A stretch of DNA of 64,000 nucleotides. Source: Amoebophrya sp. A120. Lineage: Eukaryota > Protista > Dinoflagellata. Both the position numbers and the translations under genes were made by a program. Below the pieces are notes generated by a model. The model saw only the letters and a program-made list of their open reading frames with translations. It made no database searches and was not told the DNA's origin. The DNA lies in contig CAJINV010000002.1 of the NCBI GenBank assembly GCA_905178155.1, positions 12,896,204-12,960,203 of the forward strand. Direction: 5' to 3'. Position 1 is the stretch's first letter. Each line of letters opens with the position of its first letter. This document shows, in pieces, positions 1 through 10,500 of this stretch.

Positions 1-54
1 TCGTCCCACCTGTGTGCGATAACCCCCCTCCCGATTCGTTGTTGCACCCGTCTT

Positions 55-572
55 GAAAAATTTCCACGAATCAAAAAATTTAGGTCTTTTACTAAATATT
101 TAAGGCACTATAGAAGTTTTTCGGAAATACAAGATAAATATCTATATTTTTTTACCTATTTTTATTACTAGTTCAATATTACTTCAATAGCTCCTGATTA
201 TTCTTGTTTTAGTTTTTACTTCGCAAATCACACACTATTTGTTAGTTTATACTTATCAAAATCATCCAATTATTCTTGTTTTTAGTTTTTACTTTCGAAT
301 CACAATTTTTAGACTATATCTAGCTTTTTCCTGTTTAGATTTTTTCCTGGATTCTAGTAGTTAGAGAATTTTCTTCTTGATTACTTACTATTCGGAAACT
401 ATCTAAATCTTGCATGTCCTTTTTTTTCTTCTATTCTGATTGCAATTCTTAAACACTAATTTACTATTTCACAATTGTCCAATTACATTTCTTTACCTAA
501 TATTTACCTAATTACATTTCGCACTGATTTATTGCTAAACTTTACGCTCATTTATTCAAAGTTTCTATTCAG
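55..572 (+). promoter_or_regulatory. AT-rich, T-skewed upstream region; putative promoter or 5' non-coding region
   Basis: Sharp compositional contrast with the GC-rich coding sequence, no ORF, and a ~35-bp imperfect duplication (198-232 and 270-304). Function is inferred from position only. Confidence 0.4.
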
Positions 573-711
573 GTTCCAAAACTCAAATGTCCTCTTGCGT
601 TCTTCTTGCAGTCCTTGAACCTTTTTCGACGACCATGTTTCTCAACGACCACCCGAAGTTCATGCTGCAGATGGCGGCCAACTACAGCGTTCACGGAACG
701 AAGCGGTTGGC

Positions 712-3700
712 ATGTCGCATCTAGAGGGCCCGGTGAATAACTCCGCTCCCGACAGGCCTTTGTGCCTGTTGGTGGGCGCCAGTGCATCCTGCTCTTCCTC
801 ATCGCGATGGCGAACCTTGGAAGCCCCGCGGGCTTGGGTCGGCGACGCCACTCGTTCGACCCCGGTCTCCTGTCGGGCTACGGGCACGGCTCCGTCCAGG
901 GTACAATCGTCTTCGAATTTTGCAGAAACGGAAACCACAACGACCACTGAAAGAACGGGTTTACTCAGCTGCAAAAACGATGAAGGGCAACAGGAAATAA
1001 AACAGAAAATCAACATAAAGCTTCAGAGCAGACGAAGATCTCTTCACTTCCGCCGCGCCCGCCAAGCACGTGCGGAGGAGAAGTTTTCTGTCGCTGGAGG
1101 AGAGGGTGAAAATGGACACAACGTCGAAAACGGAAATCCATCGTCATCAACTTCTTCCAGTCGAACTCGAAGCGCCTGTTGCAGCAGGATAAGAGAAGGA
1201 AATCATGCTGATAAAAATAGTTGTTCTTCACAGTTCGCCAACAGCAGACGAACAGAAGATGATATCTTGTCGCACAGTAGTTCTTGTACGCGTACGGGAG
1301 CAACTACTACAACTAGCAGCAAGTCGTCCTCCGCAAGGAGAACGGAGCAGACGGCTGGTGGTGCTTCCTACGACCTGCCTTGGGGCGCCACACCCTTGGT
1401 AGCGTCGTGTTTGACGATTATGTCCTACTTGCGCCTGTTCGTCGAGGTGTTGCTGCGCTTTCTGTCCAGGAAGAAACGGAGAAGAAGGAGACCGCGAGGC
1501 ATCGAGCAGTTTTTATCTCTTCCCACGTCCTCTTCCAGAACAGAATCCCGCAGTACTAGGAATAAAACCTCAACAACACTAGTATCAGTGCCTTCTCTAG
1601 AAAGTAAAAGTTGTTGCTTCTCGCAGCAACCACCAGAAGCAAGATATATCAAGACCAGCAAGCTGGCACGTCGCACGAGCACTTCATCAAGAAGTTGTGC
1701 AGCTGCCGACGTAGTAGACGAAGCGGAAGTCGCGGGGAATAATTGCACTTCTAGCCAAACCTACGACTACGCGTGTGATCCCGAGGCGCTGGCGCTTCTC
1801 GCAGACTACACGCGCAGCGCGGAAGAGCCCGCGTGGTGCGGCAGTTGGAACAACTTCCGGATTCTACCGGAGAGGTTCATGATCTCGTGTCCTCCTCGGC
1901 GAAAGAGCAGTCTGACCGAACAGTCGACAACATCATGGACAGCCGCAGCAAGACATTTCTGCTCCGGAACAAGCTCCACGTTGTTCACAAGCCCCGAGGG
2001 AACCCCGAGCAGCAAGACGCCACTCTTGCACAGCCTCGGGCGGCTGTTTTTGTTCTTTTTGATGCTGTTCATCACGACGGACGGTTTCGTGCAGGTGAGC
2101 AAGAACGGTCAGATTTCCCTGTTGGGTCCGATCAACATCGACCCGCAGTGCGAGGACAACAACCCGCAGAACTGCTTCAGTCCGCAGATCCGTTTCCGGA
2201 ACAACGGAACCATCCAGTGGGTCGCGACCACGTTCGACTTCTACACGAACTCACTCGTGAACAACGGAAACACGGACTTCCTGCTGATGACAGGCACCCA
2301 GTTTTCCGACTGGTTGCTGAGCGACAAGAATCCGCAGGCCCCCGGCGGCTGGCTGGAGTACGGCAGCGAGGGCCGCGGCACCTTTCTGATCACCAGCGAC
2401 CGGAAGGTGTACCTGAACACCACTTTGTCCGTGTTCAAGGCGGTGGAGATGGGCAGCAGTTTGTCTGTGCGCGGCTTCGTCAAGATGGACAAGCGCCTGT
2501 CCGTGGACGACAAGACCTACTTTGGCGCGGAACTTTTCATCGGCGACCCGTCGAAGTCCGGCTCTCGGTCGCAGACCAGGTTCGGGCGCGGTAACCCGGC
2601 CGGGTTTCCGCCCGTTTTGAAGATAGACACGCAGCCGGACTCGCCGAACCGGTACAAAACCAGTATCGCGGACCAGGCGATCTTCGGCGACTCGCTGGAC
2701 ATAAGGAACAGCACGAACCTGGGGAGCTGTCTTTCCGTGCAGTCGTTCGCACGGCTGTACAACACGCTCTCCGTGAACAGCTACGTGCGGATCGGGCAGT
2801 ACCTGTCCGTGAAGTCCTACACGCGCATCGGGTCCACGCTCTCCGTGTACAGCCTCGTGCGGATCGGGTCGCACAGCGGTGCGACCTTTTCCATTGGCGG
2901 GGTGCACTCGATTTGGGGCTCCGCGACCTTCGGGTCCTCTTTATCGATCCGGAGGGCGATGAAGCTCGGCGGACGGTCCAAGGAAGCGGGCAGTCTGCGG
3001 TGCGCGCTGTCGCTGTTCGGGCAGATGCGGTACGGGCGGAAGATGTTTTCCGTCGCGGACTTCACGCTGCTAGGCTCGATGTTGTCGTTGCGAAGCTACG
3101 CGCGCCTTGGATCCAGCATCTCGCTGTACGGGATGGCGCGGCTCGGATCCAGTTTTTCCGTGCTCGATCTGGGGCATCTGGGTTCGAGTTTCTCGCTGAC
3201 GTCATTCGCACGGTGCGCCAGTTCGTTCTCCGTCTTCGGCGTGGCAAGACTGGGTTCCGCGATGTCGTTACTGGACTTCATCAGCTTGGGGACCGGAATT
3301 TCCGTGCGCGGATTCGGGCGTTTGGGAAGTAGTCTGTCGGTCTTCGGGATTGCGAAGGTGGCCTCCGCCTTCTCGCTGCTCGATTTCTCCAGCTACAGCA
3401 GCACCCTGTCGATCCGGAAGTTCAGCCGGCTCGGGTCTAGCTTTTCCGTCTACGGCATGATACGGATCGGGAGTTCGTTGTCGGCCCTGGACTTCGTGTC
3501 CCTGGGCAGCTCGCTCTCCTGCCGGACCATCGCGTGCTGCGGTTCCGCGCTATCTGTGTACGGAATTTCCAAGCTGGGTTCCAGTTTGTCGGTGCTCGAC
3601 ATGGTCACCATAGGCTCTGCGATGAGCGTCCGGTGTTTCGCGAGGTTAGGTTCAAGCTTATCGCTCTTCGGGCTCGCCAGACTCGGGTCGACCCTGTCCA

Positions 3701-4594
3701 TCCTGGACAGCGTGCATATTGGGTCCGCCATCTCAATACGGACGTACGCGCGACTAGGCAGTAGCTTGTCGTTGTTCGGAATCTCCAGAATCGGGAGCTC
3801 GTTATCCATTCTGGACGTTTTGAACGTAGGCAGTGCGATGTCGGTCCGTACCTTATTCCGGATGGGAAGCGCCTTCTCCGTGTACGGCGTGTCAAGACTA
3901 GCCAGTGGACTCAGTCTCCTAGACTGCCTGCACATCGGGTCGGCGTTGAGCGTGCGAAATTTCGCCAGGTTAGGCAGTGCCACGAGCGTGTTCGGTATCA
4001 CGAGACTAGCGAGTACGTTGAGCTTACTGGACTTCATGACGATGGGCAGCAGCTACTCTCTCCGGACCTGCTTGCGACTAGGCTCCGCGACTAGCGTGTA
4101 CGGTATGATGCGACTGGGGTCGATCTTCTCGATCCTGGACTTCGTGTCGCTCGCGTCCAGCTTCTCCCTCCGGAACCTGGCGCGGTTTGGTAGTTCCCTC
4201 TCCGTATACGGTTGCAGCAGACTCGGATCCGGGCTGTCGGTGCTCGATTTTGTGCACGTCGGCTCCGCCATGTCCATCCGCAAGTTCGCCAGGCTAGGGT
4301 CGAGTTACAGCGTCTTCGGCATCCTGAAGTGCGGGTCGAACCTGTCGATTCTGGATTTCGTCACGGTCGGATCCGCGATCTCGCTGCGAACGATGAGCCG
4401 ACTGGGAAGCAGTCTGTCGGTGTATGGCTTAAGCAAGTTTGGCAGCAGCCTTTCGGCGCTAGACATGCTGAACCTCGGCAGCGCTCTGTCGTTGAGGACC
4501 TTTGCACGCTTCGGGAGTAACTTCTCGGTGCTGAGCAGTTGGTGGATGGGCAGCAACTTGAGCGTCGCGGACTTCGTCGTGTTCGGCAGCAGCT
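712..4594 (+). CDS. Exon 1: low-complexity S/T/R-rich N-terminus, hydrophobic segments, non-repeat cap region, onset of the 36-aa repeats
   Basis: ORF 712..4605 reads into the first element. Regular repeats are established by about nt 3050. An in-frame TGA near 616 bounds the frame upstream. Confidence 0.8.
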
Positions 4595-7500
4595 TATCAC
4601 AGTGAAAAATGCCCCCCACCCCTGAAATTGCAAGAATTTGTGATGCGAAGTTTCCAAATGAAAGCTTTGTTTTTGTCATGCATGAAAGGAGTACGAATCT
4701 TTCTGATGCAGATTCTAGTCGTGTTTCGCATCGCTTGCATGACAAGCACCGCTCTTGCTGGGATCTATTGCAATACAAATTTTTGCTATTCACGATAAGA
4801 AATCTGTGATGCTGATACCCCACTTGGGTCTGTGCAACATCGTATTTTTTCCTTAGCGGCTGGTGCTGGACGATAAGGCGAGTTGCCAAGTAGCGGTGAG
4901 CATGCACCCACGGTGCGCTACTTGTGGACCACAACTCGTTTTATGTGAGCACCCCTTCCTGACCCCCAGGCGTTTCTTTTTACCATTGGTCTGGTAATCC
5001 TGTTCTCGGTCTGTTGGGGACCCCGTGTGGCTGTAGTCCGCTCTCCCATGCCGCTTGCCGTAGGTTCGTATCGTTCGTCTGTTAGGTCGTATTTACGTGG
5101 AACTTCGTGCGATTGCTCTCGGCCCTGTATTTCTTTTCTCTAGCCTCATACTTATCTTTTCGATTACTTATTTCCTTCTCTCTGATATTTTGCTTGTTGT
5201 TTTCTGTGTACTTACGTAAAGTTTTATTGGTTTACGTAACCGGGGGGCGGCTTGATGTCTGCGGCGGATGATGACAGTGTGCACATTCCTACAAATACAT
5301 GGCTGCCGGGGTGCTTCCCGGTTGGTCTAGTGTCGAAAATTCATTTTGGCACTGATCCGCTAAACACCTTGCTGCCAACCCCGCCCGCTCGGGGAGTAAT
5401 TATCTCTAGACAGGGCACCATCTGCGGTTGTCCTTTAGGGCGTTCGAGTCTAGATAGTGACTACCATGCGTAAATCTTCAATTTTGCGTGGGCTCCTGGT
5501 GGCTGCTTCCACCGTCGGGGAGTATAAACACACTAAACATAAGCCATTGACCACTGGGTCGCCGTGGTGCCGTGCCTGCATGCACCATCAGAAGTGCAAC
5601 GAGGTGCCAATCGTGTTTCCACATGTGCCATCAGAAGTGCATCGATTCGCGAGGGTCGTGAATGAATGAATGAATACTTTTTATTGGTTTTAGTAGGGCA
5701 TGATGCCAAAAGGGACGAACAGCCCGTAGACCTCCGATGTGATGCTGATACACGCAAGAGGGCGAATGTTTCTGTTGGAAAGGTTTGCAATACAAATGCT
5801 CCCAAGTTCGGGGGTGGGGGCGTTTTTCATTGTGATACAGCTACTCGATCCGCAGCTTCTCGCGGTTTGGGTCCAGTATGAGCGTCTACGGAATCTCGAG
5901 GCTGGGCTCCACGCTGTCCGTGCTGGACGGCGTCTTCTTCGGAAGTTCGCTGTCTCTGCGCGGGTTCGTGCGCATCGGTAGCTCCACGAGTCTATACGGG
6001 ATCGGAAGGATAGGCAGCGCGATAAGCGTCCTGGATCGGCTGTACTTCGGCTCCGCAGTGTCCATCCGGAACTACGCGCGACTCGGATCCACCATGTCCA
6101 TCTACGGCCTGGCGCGCATCGGCTCGGCCATGAGCGTGCTGGATTTCACGTCGATGGGCAGTAGCTTGTCACTGCGGTCGATCTGCCGGCTGGGCAGCAG
6201 CATCTCCGTGTTCGGGCTAACCCGGTTGGCGTCGACGATCTCCATTCTGGACGCCAGCAGCTTTGGCTCGTCGCTGTCTCTGCGATCTTTCCTGAGGCTT
6301 GCGTCGAACTTTAGCGTGTACGGAATGGGATATCTCGGAAGTTGCATGTCGACCATCGACTACTGCCACCTGGGATCGTCCATGTCGCTGCGGGGGTTTA
6401 GCAGAATCGCCGGCTCGAGCTCGGTGTACGGCATGGGGCGCGTCGGGTTGTCGATGTCCATCCTGGACACCGTCGGTGCCGGCTCCATGCTGTCGCTCCG
6501 CAACTTCGCCCGGTACAGCAGCACCCTCAGTCTGTACGGATTCACCAAGCTAGGCTCGTCTCTTTCCGTCCTGGACTACGTGAAGTGCGGGAGTACGTTG
6601 TCCTTGCGCAACTTCCTGAGAACCGGTAGCTCGATGTCCGTCTACGGTGCGTTCCTGCTCAGCTCTTCGCTTTCCGTGCTGGACTACGTCACGCTCAGCT
6701 CGTCGCTGACCATCCGCGGTTTCGGCCGCTTTGGCGACAGGCTTAGCGTGTACGGCATGACGAAGTTGGGTAGTTCGCTCTCCATTTGGGACTGCATGCT
6801 GGCCGGAAGCAGTCTGAGTCTGCGCAGCTACAGCCGATTAGGATCGGTGCTGAGTCTCTACAGCTGCGGCCGGTTGGGATCCTTCATGTCGGTTTTGGAT
6901 TTTGTCCACATCGGCTCCTCGCTGTCAGTCCGCTCGTTCACGCGACTGGGCTACGAAATCGCGGATTTCGCCGAGGAATTCGAGGAGTACGAAATGGTGG
7001 AGGAGGACATCTTAAACAGCCTGTACGGCAACGGAACGGACATGAACAGCACGAACTCGACGGACGACAACTCGACCAACTACGTGAACCAGTCGAGCTC
7101 CTACATCGTGGTGAATCGCGACCGAAGGAAGATGAGCCGCACCTTCAGCCTGTACGGGGTGAGTAGATTAGGCTCCTCCCTCAGTCTGCTCGACTTCGTC
7201 TCGCTCTCGTCCAGCAGCAGTTTGCGATCTTTAGTTCGCATGGGAAGCGCGTTGTCGATCTACGGCATCACACGAATCGCGAGCAGCTTCTCCATGTTGG
7301 ACTTCATCGCACTGGGGTCGAATTTGTCCTGCAGGGGGTACATGAGGTTATATCCAACAAAAAAACTGTGTTAGTGTAACTATCTTTGGCTGGCAGCTTC
7401 ACAAATTTGCTCTACATGACAGAGAAAATCTGTCATGCATGGTTTGTAAGGGAAAACACACATGAAAAGAGGACTTCATGGGTGTCTGGCATGACAGGTG

Positions 7501-10500
7501 TAACTCTGTTGCATGTTCTGCATTACAGAGTTACACTTACACAGTTTTTTTCTTGGATAGGTCAGGCTCCAGCTGCAGTGTGTACGGGATGACGCGGTTC
7601 GGAAGTTTATCCTGTGTAAAAACGTCCCCACCCCAGAGTTGTCATGCAAATCTGCATGCCAAAAAAGTTTCTCATGTGGAGCCCCATGAGAAGCATTTTC
7701 TAGTCGTGTTTTGGAATTTGTGATGCTATAATCAGCATGATATGCTAGATCTGTGATGCTTCTGAACTACCTCGACAGGATTGCACTACGAGGACAAACT
7801 TGTCATGCGAAACAACCAAAGCTGGCTAATTTGTCTAGCAGATTCCCCATCTTGACTCTGCTGTGGGGACGTTTTTACACAGGATAAAGTTCGTGCAGTC
7901 TGCTGGACACCATCGGCCTGTCGAGTTCTCTCTCCCTGCGGTACTTTTCGCGGTTGGGGAGCAGCGTCTCGATTTTCGGGCTTCTGAGGATGGCGAGCTC
8001 CATGTCCTTGCTGGACTTCTGCTCGATGGGAAGCGCTTTATCCCTGCGGTCCTACGCGCGGCTGGGAAGTTCCATGTCGGTGTACGGGATCACGTTCTTC
8101 GGGTCTTCTGCATCTTTATTGGACTTTTTCAGCTTGGGTTCGTCCGTGTCACTGCGAAACCTCGGTCGCCTTGCCTCGGGCTGCAGCGTCTATGGCATAA
8201 GTAGACTCGGATCCGTGATGAGCATTCTGGACGGGTTGTCGCTCGGCAGCTCGCTTTCTGTGCGCGGCTTCACGCGGATGGGAATCGCACTGTCGATCTA
8301 TGGGATGAGCCGACTGGGCAGCGTGATGAGCGTGAACGAGTACGCGTTCTTCGGCAGTTCGTTTTCATTACGCAGCTACAGCCGGCTCGGTTCCGGCGTC
8401 TCCGTCTACGGTTTCGCCAGGCTGGGGAGCAACATGTCCGTTTTGGATTGGGTGCACGCGAGCTCGACGCTGTCACTGCGCAGCTTCAACCGGTTCGGCT
8501 CCAGCATGAGCGTGTTCGGGCTGGCCCGGTTCGGATCCAGCCTGTCGCTGCTGGACAACTTCCAGCTCGGCAGCTCGCTGTCGGTCCGGACGTTCGCCCG
8601 GTTCGGAAGTTCGCTGTCCGTGTATGGAGTGTCAAAATTTGGGTCCAGTTTATCAACGCTCGACTTCTTCAACATGGGGATCCAGATGAGCGTGAGGAAC
8701 CTGGTGCGGTCCGGTTGCGCGTCCAGCAGTCTGTTCGGAATTTGCCGCATGGGGAGCTTCATGTCGATTTTGGACTTCATGAGCATAGGATCCTCCCTTT
8801 CCGTGCGCTACATGCTCAGGTTCGGCACGAGCCTGTCCGTCTACGGCATGACCCGGTTTGGCTCCTGCATGTCCGCGTTGGACTACATGCACCTGGGAAG
8901 CTCCTTCTCGACGAGAAGTTTTGTCCGACTGGGCTCCGTATGAAATGCAAAAGGTCTGGGTCTGGATGAGCGGCACACAACTGCGTTTTTACAAAATGTT
9001 TTGGAAATATTTTGAAAATATTGTGAAAATATTCCGAAAATATTTTGAAAATAGAAAAAATATTTTGAAAATATTTCCAACATATTTTGAACATACTTCG
9101 AAAATATTTTGAACATATTTTGAAAATATTTTGGCAATATTTTGAAAATAGTTTTCCATGATGTGGATGTTCGAAAGGAAAGTGAGTGCCTTGCGCCGCT
9201 CATCCAGACCCAGGCATATTTGCATTGGATACTCCGCGATGTCGTTGTACAAAACGATGGAAATCGGTAGGAACTTCTCGGTCCTGGACTACACCCATCT
9301 CGGCTCGGCCTTCAGTATTCGGTCCTGCGCGAGACTAGGGTCGGCGCTCTCGGTCTACGGCATGACAAGACTAGGCACGGCGATGTCGACACTGGATTAC
9401 TGCTGCCTCGGCTCCTCAATGAGCTTGCGCGCACTCGTCCGCCTGGGATCCGCGATGAGCATCTATGGCATGGCGAGACTAGGCAGCGGAATGTCGGTCT
9501 TGGACCAGCTGTCCATCGGGTCGAGTTTGTCGCTCCGGACCTTCCTCCGACTGGGTAGTGGTGGCGGATTTTCCGTGTACGGGATGGCCCGCTTCGGCAG
9601 TGCGTTGTCGATGCTGTGCTGCACCTACATCGGAAGTTCCATTTCCGTCAGGAATTTCGCCAGAGCGGGCGGGATCGTTTCCTCCGTGTATGGGATCACG
9701 CGCCTGGGCAGCTGCATGTCGATTTTGGATTTCGCTTGCCACGGATCAACCTTGTCCTTTCGCGGATTCAGCCGACTCGGAAGCAGCTTGTCGGTCTTCG
9801 GAGTCAGCACCTTGGGGAGCAGCATGTCGTTGTTGGATCTGGCGCACATCGGGTCCTCTTTGTCGCTGCGGGGGTACAAGAGGATAGGCAGCTCGTGTTC
9901 CATGTTTGGGCTGACCTATCTCGGCTCGCAGGTGTCCATGTTAGACATGTTCCAGCTCGGGTCCAGCCTGTCGATCCGCGGGTTTCTGCGGTGCGGCAGC
10001 AGCATCTCTGTCTACGGAATTGCGCGCTTCGGCAGTATGCTGTCTGTTTTGGACATGAGCATTATGAGCTCCTCGATGTCGGTGCGGAACATTAGCCGCC
10101 TCGGGTCCGGTTGCAGTGTGTACGGTTTGGCAAAGCTCGGCAGCTGCCTTTCCGTGTTGGATTGGCTGAGCATAGGTTCCAGCTTGTCCATGCGGTCCTT
10201 CGCCCGCATGGGAAGCGCGATGTCCGTGCACAAGGGCGTGGTGATGCGCGCGCCGGACAGAACGCACCTGGTCAGCGTCTACGGGATGGTGTTCATGGGT
10301 TCATCCATGAGCATGCGCAGCTACACCAGACTCGGCTCGTCCATCTCGATCTTCGGGATTGTGCGCCTGGGGTCCGCGCAGTCGGTGCTGGACGCGGTGG
10401 CGATCGGTTCCTCCCTGTCAGTCCGGTCCTTCTCCCGCCTGGGCTCATCGCTGTCCATCTTCGGATGCGGACATTTGGGGTCAGGAATCTCGATGCTCGA

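Noticed and set aside
4595-5837. Autonomous transposon or group I/II intron
   Set aside because: No transposase or maturase ORF in any element, and no GUGYG...AY ends.
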